Below, in pieces: positions 49,120-62,480 of a stretch of DNA of 64,000 nt. Below the pieces are notes generated by a model, which was not told where the DNA came from, made no database searches, and was given only the letters and a program-made list of their open reading frames with translations. Position 1 is the stretch's first letter, and each line of letters begins with the position of its first letter. The stretch is taken from NCBI GenBank assembly GCA_964234715.1, contig OZ174275.1. One strand, written 5' to 3'. The translations under genes and the position numbers were made by a program. The stretch is from Podarcis melisellensis (taxonomy: Eukaryota).

Positions 49120-50620
49120 CTGGAGGAGAAAATACAAAACATAATAAAGTCTGATACCTGTAAGCTCTTGCTCTTTGAGAGTTCTTCACACACTGTATTC
49201 CAGAAGACATATTTAATGCTGGCTTGCAATATATTTTTAAAAGTATCTTTATGGAGCACAAATATAAGAAAATACACAGAGAATGCATACAAGACAACTC
49301 ACAAAAGTACAGGCCCATACTAGTGTGATGCTTGAGACTGAATGTTATCTACAAACTTCTCTAAATTAGGAGTGTATAGGGCATGCAGCAGAAACAAGAA
49401 ATTTTGCCAAATCCTCCCCCTGCTCTCATATTGAGGCCCCTCTCAAGCAGCTGTGTGCTCCACTTGCCAGCAAAACAAGCACAGCAGCAAAGAAGACCCA
49501 ACATTTCTTTCCCCATCCTCACATTTTCAAAAAGTTCCTCAAGCAGCTGCCTGCTGCCTGTTCGGCAGCAAAATGAGTGACAGACAATTCCCATGCTTCT
49601 TCCCCCACCCCAATCTCAAGCAGCTGCTTGCCAATTGATCTAGGTGGCTGGCAGGCAGCAAAAGAAAACAAATAAAGCAGCAAATAGGTGGAACCTGTAC
49701 ATCTTGTCATAACTGTATTTCCATACTAGAAAATACTTAACCTGTTGAATTTGTGATTCAACAGCAACAGCAACAGCAACTGAACAGCAACTGAACAAAA
49801 GCCTAAGCTTCTATCCTGTCTTCAACTACCTGGTATTAAGCCCTATTAAACAAAAGCTTACTTTTGAGTAGACATGAATACCACTGTACTGAAAGTTAGC
49901 TAGAAGCTAAATGGCACCTTAAACCTAGGTTATGGACACAACAATGTGTCTAGGCGTGCTTTTTTATAACAAGAATACAAAGCTGAAAATGAATGAACTG
50001 CAGCTAAAATATTATGTTCATTTTTCACATGGTCTAGTCCTTCCCCTGCCCACCTCTCTAATATTCTTAAGAGGGTCTATTCTCCAGTCTCTGAATAGCT
50101 GGAAGTGCAGAATGTGCCTAGAACAGCGGGAGTTTAGAACACTGACCCCCCCACCCCACCATAGCCCTGTTTTGTACCCATCTTGATGCGTTTTCCTGGC
50201 TGGAATGTGTTAACAGTTTAAAACCAAAATGAACAGGAACAAAAGTTAATTCTTAATGTTATTTGCATGCACCCTGTGCAGTCTTACTGTTTTATTTTTA
50301 AACCCTTTCTCTACCCATTATATTGCAGTGCTAAAGTATTATTTTTCTAAAAAAAATGACTGATGACTGACAATGGAATTGAGTTCCTAATTCTGCAGAT
50401 GGGCAATTTAATTATGCACTTGAGTATATGCACAGACAAGGGAAGTGTGATATTCCCCCTCCCCCAAGTAACACATTCCACTAAAAAAAGCAATTAAGAT
50501 CTGTATAAGCCTAGCTAATAATTGAAAACCTGACACCAAGGCAGAACATTTTGTTACTTAAATGGCAAACTGCAAGCGTACACCCTGGGCATTATTTATA
50601 ACTGCAGCAATTGATCTTAC

Positions 50621-50722
50621 CAATGAACGGTTCTGTTTTTGTTGAAAGCACACTGGTAAATCTTCCCAGTTATCCAATTTTATATCCAGCGGAATGAAGT
50701 TACAATTCAGGGGCTCCCCATC
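50621..50722 (-). CDS. ZRANB3: ZRANB3 exon (substrate recognition region)
   Basis: DGEPLNCNFIPLDIKLDNWEDLPVCFQQKQNRSL. Confidence 0.93.
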
Positions 50723-51344
50723 CTAGATGGATCAAATAAATGTTTTTAAGTCTCCTAAATCAGGAAGGTATTCGGTTATCTGAAGGTTTCAAGGAAGTTG
50801 GTGATTTTCCTACCATAAATTTATCTTCAATTACTCATCAGAACTGCTTCTTACAATAAACCAACAACAAAATTCATGGACCTTTTATCTGCCTCACTGC
50901 AGTTGCACTGCCAACATTCTAGTTTGCTGATACCTTAGCCCTGAGCAGCAGAAATGTTTATGAACCATCCCATGACACCAAAGATGATGAGACAATGAGA
51001 GATGGTCCTACAGCATAAGACCATTTTAACCTACTCTAGGATGTACTGATAATTTTTCATTTCTACAGAAAAGAAGCCTACTTTAAACCACATTAAATAT
51101 ATTACACTGAAAGAGAGAGAGAGAGAAGAACCCAACAACAGGCCAACACCAAACAAGTTATTTGTAGTGTGTTTTCCCCATCGTTAGGACAGAAGCTCCC
51201 AATACAACAGTGAAGGCAATAACTTGGATCTAACAGGGAACAGCATGACCGTAAAGGCAGTTCTGCTTTCATGGGATATGTCCCCAATTTCTCCCAATCC
51301 TCTCCTCTCATGGTGTCCCTTTGATTTCTGCCAAATACCCCTTC

Positions 51345-51606
51345 CTATAAAACACAACTCAAATCTGCATTCAAAAGAATATGGTAAAGCTTTTGCTGGT
51401 TTGATGCCTTGATTATTTGCAGGTGCGGGGTGCGTTCCTTCATGACTTCCCCTTGCTTCACGACAAATTCCCCAGGCTTACAACTTGTCACGGAGCAAGG
51501 GGAAGCCGTGAAACAACGCATCCCACTCCTGTAAATAAACAAGGCATCAAACCAGCAAAAACTTTACCATGTTCTTCTGAATGCAGTTTTGAGTTGTGTT
51601 ATATAG
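51345..51606. mobile_element. fold-back MITE with ~90-bp inverted arms
   Basis: ctataaaacacaactcaaa...ttgatgccttg pairs with caaggcatcaa...ttgagttgtgttatatag. Confidence 0.75.
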
Positions 51607-51789
51607 CAAATACTGCCAATCCCCCTTCCTGTCACAACTTCCCACGCTGCATGCCCTTTCAGGGGGTCCTTCAGTCCTTAGGAATGTCTTTTGGGAGAGA
51701 ACAGCAGGCTACAGAAGGGAGAAAAGGGCAGGAACCATTGCATAATCTTCCAGGTTGGATTGAAGCAAACAACAGCAGCAGCACCCTAC

Positions 51790-51881
51790 CACTGTGTAGA
51801 TGTGAATTCTGTCTGTGTTCCTACTTGCACAGAACTTCAGGCCAGAATATGCTGGGAATGATTCCGAGTCTTCTGTATGCT
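51790..51881 (-). CDS. ZRANB3: ZRANB3 exon
   Basis: HTEDSESFPAYSGLKFCASRNTDRIHIYTV. Confidence 0.92.
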
Positions 51882-52713
51882 CTATAAATAAAAGTGAAAT
51901 GACTTTCATCAAAACTCATTCCCCTTTCTTCTCCTTAGGGCAGACTAGACAATATAGCACAGGCATGCTCTACCCAATGAGCAGGAAAGCTCTCACTCCT
52001 CCTCCACCACCAGTTTGTGTCAAGCTTTAGTTTTTATGAACCAGCATGGCAATCTCGTGCCATAATCGCTTTTGTGTAAGACAGTTGTGCCAAACAGAAG
52101 TGTGACATGAAACACTGGCATAGCAGAGTCTCGAGGCAACTTGTGGCCTTTGGGAGTGACCTTTGGGAGTGAGGGTGTGGGCAAATGGACCCTTGATTGG
52201 TTTTCTATATTAAACAGCAGAGTGTTTCGTGGCACATTTTTTAAACTTTGTCTCACTTTGCTAAACGTAAGTAAGCTTTACTTGTTTACAAAAATTTTCC
52301 TTAAAGAAGCACATATTAAAAACGTTGTTCATAACATGCCCAAATTGCTAGAATACAAACCACAATTCTGTAAAGAATCCCCAAATCTACTGGGAGCAAC
52401 TGCTTCACCATCTCTGAACTCTCTCAAGGCTTTTTTCATGTGCAGAATTATTTGTGATCTCTGAGATGTATATATAAGGCGTTGTGGGTGGTATTCAACA
52501 TACTGAAAGATGACTAAGTTAAGTCCATTAATTTATCAATATCACTGGGTCTACTCTGAACAAAACTTAGTCGAATACCCCTCTTTGATCACCACTTCTG
52601 GGGCTCTTGCAAATATTCTGCATGTACTGATCCCCAGAGCATGATAATACACAATAAAATGACATGCTCACCACAAGGTAACTATGCTCCAGAAGGAAAT
52701 CAGTTTTCCTTAC

Positions 52714-52929
52714 CCACTCCGAGCTCTTGCTCACAACAGTTTGATTGCTCATTTATGTCTTCCTTCGTTCCACTGGACATCCCAGTCAGTGGTTGCTCTA
52801 GGATATTTCTCCGGCAACTTTTATGGGCTGTCCCTCCTGCATCAATAAGGTTTATAATCTCTCGGGCTGCGCTTTCTTCCCCAAACCCCGGAGAAACAGA
52901 ATTGCTGATCTGGCTTTCGTTCTTTATAC
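52714..52929 (-). CDS. ZRANB3: ZRANB3 linker exon
   Basis: open 216-nt phase 1/1 exon, tag| and G|gtaagg; low-conservation sequence. Confidence 0.8.
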
Positions 52930-54178
52930 CTATACATGTTTAAAAAACAAACACCACAAAAACAGTAGTCAACCCTCTCTTACAGGTTGATAGGTAACAG
53001 CAAAGCCTACAGCGCATTCCTAGCAAAGTCCACTTAAAAGAAGAGTTGCCAACACAACCAATTATATCGACAGTTCTCCATAGAGAAGGCTGCTGACTCT
53101 TTCCCTCCTAGTACAGAGTGGCATTAGACAGGATGATGCTATACAGCCACCCAATGCAGAAAAAACTTTTATGTCTGGTTGCTGCCCCATGATTGGCAAC
53201 TCATTGCATAGGCTTCATGAACAGCAACCTTGGCTTTGATCCTAATGTGTGCGAAAGCTTCATTCTTGAAATGAAGACCTTCTCCCCTCTTTCCCACTGT
53301 TAGTCCATCAGAAACCTGCTCCAGAGTATTTGGGGCCCTCAAGAGAAGAATTAGATACGGGAGATGGTATGGGATAAGGGCTGCAGCAGGAAGAGGGAGA
53401 CTGGGAGCCATCATGAAGTCTTCTTGTACAGGCTGAAATGCTGTTCTGACTGTGCAGGCAGGGGAGAGCTTTGGATCCAGGCCCTAATACCAAAAAAGAA
53501 ATTCAATCTGGGGGACAGAGAATTCTGCAGCTGCAACAGTAAAGTGTGGTAGATTTGGCAGCCCTGTTTGGGAGGTTCAAACAGAGGTAGGAAGGCAATG
53601 AGCTTCTCTGTGTGCAAGGTGGACATATGGCAAACACATGCAGATAAAATCCAAACTTAAAAAAATGAACAAAACCTTATACAAATTGAATTTTGGATAT
53701 AGGGATGTTAGGTATCTTTTATAAATATAAAATGCCATATATCCTTTCAAAGTCAATCTCCAATAAAATGACCCATCTTATAATAAGGTAATTAAGTGAG
53801 ATAGCTACAGTGCATTGTCTGACCAAGAATAGTAATAAAACACACATGTTTCATGGACTTGTGGAAAGAAGTGTTATTTCCTGAAGAGGACTGGGAAAAT
53901 TTAAGGTGCCAAGGAAATTGAATTTCTACTACAAAGCATTATATTCACACCATGGTAATATCAGAGGCACCCATTGCCACTGAATGTATGGCATGTTATA
54001 CTTTATAGGCAAAGTGAAGATTTTGGAAGCTTTTTCTGAAAATTTTAAGAAAAAAACTCACTCAAGTTTTTCTTCCAATACTTCATATTTTTAAGCATTC
54101 TTTTGTGCCATTTTTAAAAATGGCTTTTTAAAAAAAGAAAGAAAGGAGATCTTAATTGGAGCACAGGGGCTTACTTAC

Positions 54179-54629
54179 TGTTCTTTCTCCGAGGAGATTC
54201 ACACATTTCACAATAAGGCAGCAGTGAATTATTATTGAAAGTGCAGAGGCTGCAGCGCCAGGTTGCCTCAGAAGGGCATCCTTTGCTTGAATTCGGTAAT
54301 GGTGTGCCAAAACCTTCTTGTGTGGTTTCTTCTGTAACGGGAAGGTTTGTTTTTCCAAATGAAGAGTTCCTCCTTTTCTCAGGAGAGCTCTTTGGAGTCG
54401 ATGGCAGTAAAGCTCTTGGTCTCTTTGCTTCTCTACAAAGCAAATCCTTCTTAATGAGTTCCTCAGAGTCCAAAGAACCACCATTTGCCTGGTCCATTTC
54501 AATGGAGGCTTGAGAAGAAGCTGGACTGAAGCTTGAAGCCTTATCACAAGATGGAGTTTTTCGCTTTTTTTCAGCATTTGGTTTTGGTGAAAGGAAGGAA
54601 CGGATATCATGCTGCTTTTCCTTTTCAAA
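54179..54629 (-). CDS. ZRANB3: ZRANB3 exon with PIP box and RanBP2/NZF zinc finger
   Basis: FEKEKQHDIRSFLSPK; WRCSLCTFNNNSLLPYCEMCESP. Confidence 0.94.
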
Positions 54630-55736
54630 CTAGGGCAGATAATAAAACAACCATTACATCTCTTTCATTGCAAACTATTGTCTCCACCTTCCATTTCTTA
54701 ATTTATTAACCTTTCCAACTGCAGCGTTTCCCCAATAGGTAGTCTTTCAATACAGCAAATTTTAAGTGGAAAAACTTATCAAGAAAATATTAGGACCAAT
54801 ATTCCAATCTGGTGGATTCTAGACTACTTCCTAACCTATTGTTGTGTTATTATTTCTGGTAAGCTGTCAGTGCAACACTCAAAAAAGTTTAGGTTCTGTC
54901 TTGCTAAGATATAGCTTCCCAAGAAAGACACATTATCAGGTATGCGTTAAATGTATTAATTTAGTTTATGGATTTTATTAATTTGATTCATGCTACTGAG
55001 CAAGTCGGATGCTACATGGGAGATCAGCAAGGTACAACACCAGTTTCAACTGCCGCAGTGAAGCCAATGGTTGAAGCCTGGTGTCATGATAAAATCATGG
55101 GATTGGCATGGTATTCAACTACATTTTACTCATAGCAGCCACGCAGAAATCAATAAACATAAGTTAGGCCCATTAAGGTCAATGGGTGTACTCTGAGTAA
55201 AACTTATTGCAAAGGCAGAAAAGCTTTTTCAGTCCAACGACAGCATTATGCTGGGGGCCCATGCCAGTGGTAGGTGGGAGCAAAAGTGGCCTGAGCAGTA
55301 AATGTGGCTTACCTTTATAGCGTAGACTACACTCCAGCTACACAAAAACCAGAGCTTTCACCCACCACCAAGACAAGTAAGAGACATTGCCACTTGAGGA
55401 GGGGCAGGACCAGTGAGAGGTATGGCCTACTGAGAGTCTTGAGGGACATGTAAAGAAATCCTGAGGCCTGAGCTTCCCAACCTCGAGTTTATTATGATGG
55501 GAACAGGCCTAGCCCCCCCCCCTTGAGGTCTTGTGTTGCCCTTCACCTGCTCTGGTACGGCTTCAAGGTGTTTGGAAGGTTTCAGTGTGATTTTTGGATT
55601 AATTACAGCTTCTTGAGTCATCAAAACCTGACAAACACTGGGTAAATGTAACATTTTTGTATGTTTGGAATAAGTCAGCTTTCAGCCACGGTTTATAAAA
55701 ATGGTTTGTTTCAACAAACCTCAGTTAAGATGAATA

Positions 55737-55962
55737 CAGTGGTACCTCAGGTTACATACGCTTCAGGTTACACACTCCGCTAACCCAGAAATAGTGCTTC
55801 AGGTTAAGAACTTTGCTTCAGGATAAGTACAGAAATAATGCTCTGGCGGCGCGGCGGCAGCAGGAGGCCCCATTAGCTAAAGTGGTGCTTCAGGTTAAGA
55901 ACAGTTTCAGGTTAAGTACGGACCTCCGGAACGAATTAAGTACTTAACCTGAGGTACCACTG
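55737..55962. mobile_element. Tc1/mariner (Tigger-like) MITE
   Basis: perfect 18-bp TIR CAGTGGTACCTCAGGTTA, TA TSD, internal cttcaggtta repeats. Confidence 0.92.
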
Positions 55963-57139
55963 TAATAGCTTGGATGACATACTAAGATATGGTTAAACAA
56001 AAGGTGAAGGTGAAAGCTTCTAATTGTGGTTGCATGGAGGAGAGGAGAGGCATGGTGCTTGTTCCAGAATGGTAGCCAATAGCCCCATCCCAGCCAAAGT
56101 CCAGAGTTATTTTTGCAGTTTACAAACGGTTCTTACTTGACTCATAGGCTAAATAGACCTTCACAATACTGTAACTGCATGCAAATGATTAATGTTCCCA
56201 GCTTGGTCAAAGGAATCACACAGTCAAAAACATATTAACTTTAATTGCCATTTTGGTTATTATAACACAGTTGGAGTCATGTTAAATTGCTTTGGATCTG
56301 CATGCCATCTTGGGTCTCAGAACCTGAAACCTAAGAACAAATCTCCCCCTTCTTGTATTATGCTTAAATGAACCACCTAACTGCAAAGCCATTTCTGCAT
56401 ATTAAAGCAAAAGGTTATATGTATCCAATCTGGCAGGGTATGCACATGCAGCCTTTCTGTATTTAAGATTAACCGAACTGCCTTATAAAGCCACGGGCTA
56501 ATTGATGTATCATACAGACAACATATTGAGTACTCAAATTAGTCTGGCACAGAGCAGTGAACCGCTTTGCAGTCATTCCAAGGGTATTATCCATATTTAC
56601 AATGAGGCTACTGCTTGAAGAAGTGGATTTTGGCTGTACCAAATCTGTTGAGGATCCTTTTCAGGTATGATATACTGATAAATGGCAGCAGGGTGCACTA
56701 CATTTGCTGCACAGTAGTAACCAGTGACCTGGCAAAATCCCAGGTGAGTTAGCACCATCATAAATCCATAGGTTTTAAAAAACAACAACCAACAACCCTA
56801 AAAAGTATGAAATGAATGTATTCACACAGAAGTTATGGCAAACTCCTAGTCAGTTCACAAACTGTTGATGAGATTTTGGAATCAAATTACAATAGCTGAT
56901 ATAAACTGAAGGAACAACTTCCAAACTCTCATACAACCACTCACCAAATTATTTTGGCAGGCAGCTATATTACGAAGCAGAGATCAGAAGCAACATTTCA
57001 CAAGTGAAACAAGCAAATTTTCTTTACTAATTTTTTTTTATGAAGGGCGGTATTCAGCTAAGTTTTACTGAGAATAGATCTGCTGAAATGAATGAAGTTA
57101 ATACCTCAAGGGACCATTTCTCTGCATATGAACCAACCT

Positions 57140-57480
57140 GGACCCTGTGATCATCATCAGAGGCCATTATCTGCCCCCTCCATGAAGGTTCTGGAAGGTG
57201 GCCATACGGGGACAGGCCTTTTCCGTGGGGGCTCTTCATTTGTGGAATTCTCTCCCTAGGGCGGCTCTCCTGGCACCTTCATTACCTATCTTTAGGCACC
57301 AGGTGACAACATCCCTCATTTCCTAGGCTTTAGACTAATGAAACAATCCTTGGCCTTTTAAACAGTCTGTGTAAGGGTTTTTTTATTGCTTTGTTTGCTA
57401 CTGTGTTATGCATTTTTTTGTGTTTTTATACTGTGCCCTGGGTTCCTCGGACGAATAGCAGAATGTAAATTTAATAAATA
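57140..57480 (+). mobile_element. L2-type LINE 3' end
   Basis: gacaggccttttccgtgggggctc..tgtggaattctctccct, AT-rich tail. Confidence 0.65.
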
Positions 57481-58537
57481 AGTACATAAAAATAAAGAAT
57501 GAACTTAACTTAGTCACAGTCATTAATTTCAATGGGTCTATACTCTAAGTAAAACTTAATTGACTGCCACACTAAGTATGACTGTGGCAGTGATCTTGAA
57601 ATTGCTATTTTGTGTGCGTATGTATCTCTAATTGGTGCCCTAGTATCCATGGAAGTGATCTGATTCATGTACTCACTTCTGATTCATGTACTCAATTTTC
57701 CCTCCCTCCCACAGATCAGCTCCTTTCAGACAAAGAGAGAGAGAGAGAGATAGAGAGAGAGAGAAAAGAAAGGGCACACACAAATACACTTCATTTTTCC
57801 AAAGGATTTGTGTAAAAGCCAGACCCAGTATGATTAATCTGAGCCTTGAAATGCATAGAGTTCAGACAGGAAGTGGGAAAGAGCACCATTTTCAAATTCC
57901 TCCTTCAGCGTTTTGTATTTTGCAAGGGAGAAAAAGGGGGTGTGGGTCTCCACTGGGGGATATTCGAAGCTTACGATGGTGCCACGTTGGCAATATCTGT
58001 ACCGTATTAGCAGATGTCTCTGCAAGATCAAAAGCATTTTGACAAGTGCACGGGTACCAATTGGATAGTATCCATACAGACTGACATACTTTCAGGCGCA
58101 AAATAAGCAAATAAATGGTTGCAATTAAACTAAAATAAAGGGCATGTATGCATGTATAATCAATAAGACGTGAAAGTGATTATTGGCAATGGAAGTCCCA
58201 GGTGGGTTTTATGGTTTCGGGTCATTTGAATAGAATAAAGATGGACAGACTATTTGAATACAGCTAATAAAAGTTTAAATTGTCCAATTTGCTTTTGGAT
58301 TAAAAAAAAAACCAATCAAACTGCGAAACAACCCAGACTTGACCAACAACAAGAGAATATAGGTACATATAGGATGTCCTGTGAATCTCAGGTACTAACA
58401 TGCCTGCAAACCAAAGCAGGAAGTCTAAGTATGTAGTCCTGGCAAAATGGCAATTCAAATTACATCTCATGTGAATGCCCAGACTTCAGAAATACGTGAA
58501 CATGTTAAGCACCACACATGATCTCTTTTTGTACTTA

Positions 58538-58883
58538 AAGGTAAAGCGACCCCTGACCATCAGGTCCAGTCACGGACGACTCTGGGGTTGTGGTGCTCAT
58601 CTCGCTTTTTTGGCCGAGGGAGCCGGCGTACAGCTTCCGGATCATGTGGCCAGCATGACTAAGCTGCTTCTGGCAAACCAGAGCAGCACGCAGAAACGCC
58701 GTTTACCTTCCCGCCATAGCGGTACCTATTTATCTACTTGCACTTTGACGTGCTTTTGAACTGCTAGGTTGGCAGGAGCTGGGACCGAGCAATGGGAGCT
58801 CACCCTATCGCGGGGATTCAAACCGCCAACCTTCTGATCGGCAAGTCCTAGGCTCTGTGGTTTAACCCACAGCGCCACCCGCG
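58538..58883 (-). mobile_element. full-length Sauria SINE
   Basis: tRNA-like head, ACCTTT tail, 14-bp TSD TCTTTTTGTACTTA (58524, 58884). Confidence 0.93.
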
Positions 58884-58898
58884 TCTTTTTGTACTTAC

Positions 58899-59051
58899 GT
58901 GAGTGAATAAAACTTCATTCTTTATGTCATTTAGATTTTCATTTGGGATCCATGCTTCAGCAAAATTCAAGAAATTCCACTTCTCTTTGTCACCTTCTTG
59001 CGCCTGCAGTTTTTCTTTCTTGCCATTTAGTGCGGTCCCAGTAACATTGGC
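58899..59051 (-). CDS. ZRANB3: ZRANB3 exon after helicase C lobe
   Basis: ANVTGTALNGKKEKLQAQEGDKEKWNFLNFAEAW...LFTH. Confidence 0.93.
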
Positions 59052-60685
59052 CTGCAGGCAGAAAGATTAAAAACGGTTTCACACTTGACAACATAACTTC
59101 ATCCCATGCTTGTCTAGGGTGGTGCACAGGGTTGGGGCACAGTAGTTTCCGGGTCCAGAAACTATTCTTTCCTACCCCAAACCAATGAACTTGCTAAGCC
59201 TCTTCTAATGCCACAGCAGGGGCAGCAGTAGGCAGCCCCTTTGTCTCAGAAGCAAAATCAATTCTACTTTTGGATGGAAAAAAGCAATTGAGAAATGATT
59301 TGTTCCATCAGGCAGGCAAGAAAATAACTGAGAGGACTGAGCCTGCCTCCCAGAGTCCTTTGCTCCTGCCTCTGTCACGTGATGAGGGTTGCTACCCAAC
59401 CCATTCAGTTCATCATCAACCGCCTAAAATAAGCAATTACATTTCCAAAGGTGAAGATTCCAACCAGACTGCATGCCCTATGCCCCCTGGTTATGTAGAC
59501 TAAATAAATTGTATTACAACAAATAACATGTCTTAAAATAAATAGTATTTTATTATTTACTACTATCTATCTTACTGCCATTGGCCATGCTTGCTTGGGG
59601 GCGATGGGCATTGCCCATGGCCAAGTAGTTGAGCAACATCTGAACATCTGGAGGGTCAAAGGTTCCCCACACCTGCTTTAAGACTACCTGAGGGAATCCT
59701 GTTGTGGATTTCTCTGCCATCTGAAGTACAGGGCAGATGGCTACAAGGCTAACAGCCTTCCCAGTATTTATGGTGCTCTGTACACAAGAAGGACTAGCAG
59801 GACTAGCTCACGTTCCAGGTTTTAGAAGGCTTCCAGACACTGTGCTTTAGAAGTCCTTCTGTCAGTCATAAACAGATCAAAGGGGAGCATAGGCTATAGA
59901 TAATATCTGTTGCCGACTTGTTGAAATGGGCTTTTGTAAAGTGAATTTTAGCAAGCATCACTACTATGTGTTTTAGTGGTGATATTTATATGGTGGTTTT
60001 AAAACTGAACCACTTCAGAAGTATATGCATAGAAGCAAGGTATAAATAGGTAAAAAATGAGAAGCAAATTTTCATTTAAACCTATTGTGTGTACCGGTAC
60101 CTCTAAGAAGTGTCATGTGTCTCTTCTGCCTTCTCTGTTGAGTCAGGTTTACGGATACAAAACTACTTGTCAGTCTTACATTCTTCTTAATGGTTCAGTT
60201 CATCTTGTTTTCAAATTCACCTTTTAGTCATCAAAGCTAGATTTTTGGCTTTACTTTCCACATGCTACCCAATATATTTAGACCTAAAATGGTTTTGAGG
60301 AAGTTTTAGCTTTGGTACTAATGCTTTATAAACACACAAACTCCAAGTTAGACTTTATTAACAGGACATTCTCAACCGTTTTACCCCCTTTTTAAACAAA
60401 AAAAGTGCTTTAAAAATACACACAAACTCTTTAATTCTGTAGCCAAAGGAATTTTAAATTCTATCATTTATTGACCTTTTCTTCCGATACAGAGTCATGC
60501 CTCCTCCAAAGAACCAAAAGTCATATGAAGTGACTAGGAAAGGAGGAATTAGGGTAGGAGACAATCTAGAAAATAGGGTTGTTAGGTGTATGTGCACTCA
60601 CAATGTAAGGAAGGTATTACAGTCAGTATCTTAGAGCCATGCTTTGGACAGTGAGGATTGCCAACATTTAAGTGCGAAAACATAC

Positions 60686-60865
60686 CTTGCGATTCAACAT
60701 TCCCCACATCAGAGGGTCCAGCGTCCCATTTGCGATAAGGTAATGGATATTCACAGAACTGCACTGTCCAATCCGATGCGCCCTGTCTTCGGCTTGCTTT
60801 ATGTGTCCAGGGTCCCAGTATAGTTCAGCAAAAACCACATGAGTGGCAGCAGTAAAGGTTAATCC
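60686..60865 (-). CDS. ZRANB3: ZRANB3 SNF2 helicase motifs V-VI exon
   Basis: [34 protein letters not shown]. Confidence 0.96.
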
Positions 60866-60884
60866 CTACAAATAAAGACAAAAA

Positions 60885-61481
60885 TGAAGGCTCCAGCTTG
60901 GAAAGCCGAGTCGACTAAAGGGAAAGGTATTTAATGCTTTTGCCAGAGAGTCCTCGCGTAATGCCTTGGGCTCAGAAGGCTCAGTTAAGTCTGAAAATGG
61001 TTAGCCAACATGGTTTAAGGAATTATGACAAATTGCGTTTCCAGTTACGGCTGGCGCCCACTGCCTGCCTGGGTTTAGGAACTCTCAACTTGGGGCCCAC
61101 CTCCCACCTTGCCATACCCTTCCAGCAAAACCTTGCCATACCCTGACACTAAGGTCCCTTTAAGTTTCAGGTAGATCATACGGAAGGAAAGGCGTAACTT
61201 CCTCCCCCCCCTTGCTTACTCTCCTGCCATCTCCCACTGCTTTCGGACTCACCCTTTCCCTGTAAATGCCAAACCATCACTGTTTGGGCTCACTGCCATC
61301 TCACTTCTCATCCCTCCTCTGAACTCCTCCCTTCTCTTCTCAACAGCCTTCAGTAGTAATCATGGATTTTTCTTTTGTTCTACCTTATCAATAAAACCGG
61401 CTTCTGGAAAACCTCTTATCTCAGTTGCTCCATCCTGAGTACCTCATGCAGGCACACTGCTACTTAGACTGACGTCCTTAA
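60885..61481 (+). mobile_element. possible solo LTR (ERV-like)
   Basis: TGAAGG...CCTTAA near-inverted ends, internal ccttgccataccct x2, AATAAA 61390; no TSD. Confidence 0.4.
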
Positions 61482-62360
61482 ATTAAGCACGTATATTTTT
61501 TTGTAAATGCACTCGTTTCTGGGCCAGCTATGCCAGACTCACAGCAGCCTGTCATCTGGCACAAGAGAGCCAGGGCCACAGCAGGGAGAGTCCCTCTTAT
61601 ACTTGAGCTTAATTCCCCCCAGTCATGTGGGTTCCATACGGGTTTATTCTCCTGAACACAGAAAATTAGTTTGCAGACATGTGTCCTGAACAAGTGTGGG
61701 GACAATGCATTTGTACTTTTATTGTGGTGGCAGCCATGTTACAGCAAACTACTGTCCACCGCAGAGACCAAGCTGGGAAAAGCAAACAAGCTGTATTTGC
61801 TATATTTAACCATTTCGTTAAATATAGGCTTGAATGCTGAAACTGACTTTTGAGGGAACAGAATAGGAATGTTCGTGTATTTCCCATACCGTATCTTAAA
61901 ATTCTTATGTCTATTGGTATATACTGAAGAGCAGGTCATGAGATATTACATTTAAGGAACTCCTTTGACCTATGCTGATGGAGTGAGAAACGACACCATA
62001 ACGAAACATAGGAATGGGTTATTGTTCAAGGTTAGGCCATGAGAGAAACTAGTTAACCTCTTTTTCCTTAGTTATACAGATTTGCTACATTAATTGCTGC
62101 AGGATGACGATTCCCCCCGCAAACTGTTGCGTAACATCAGCATAATGTAAAGAGCTGATATTACTGTACAACTCTACATAGTGCTTTAATTCAGCAGTTT
62201 CGTCTGGAATTTCTCACACGCAATTCACTGACCAAGCTCTTTGCCTTGCAGTGTGCCCCATAGGGTTTTAAAAAAAGAAGTCAGTGGCAATACAGATTAA
62301 CAGTTCAAATGCCATAAGCAGTAACTCACAAGTTGTATCCTGTATATTGTTAGTCCTTAC

Positions 62361-62480
62361 CTGGCCAGCAGCCAGAATGCTCAAAATGGCCACCCTAGTA
62401 TCTGGGTCCTTCTGAAATTGATTGACAAGGCTGATTCTTTCTGCTGAAGGTACGCTTCCATCTATTCGAATATATCGAAC
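62361..62480 (-). CDS. ZRANB3: ZRANB3 helicase C exon
   Basis: VRYIRIDGSVPSAERISLVNQFQKDPDTRVAILSILAAGQ. Confidence 0.96.

Noticed and set aside
54152-54628. 158-aa ORF overlapping the ZRANB3 PIP/NZF exon in another frame
   Set aside because: TTG start, no motif or splice support for dual coding
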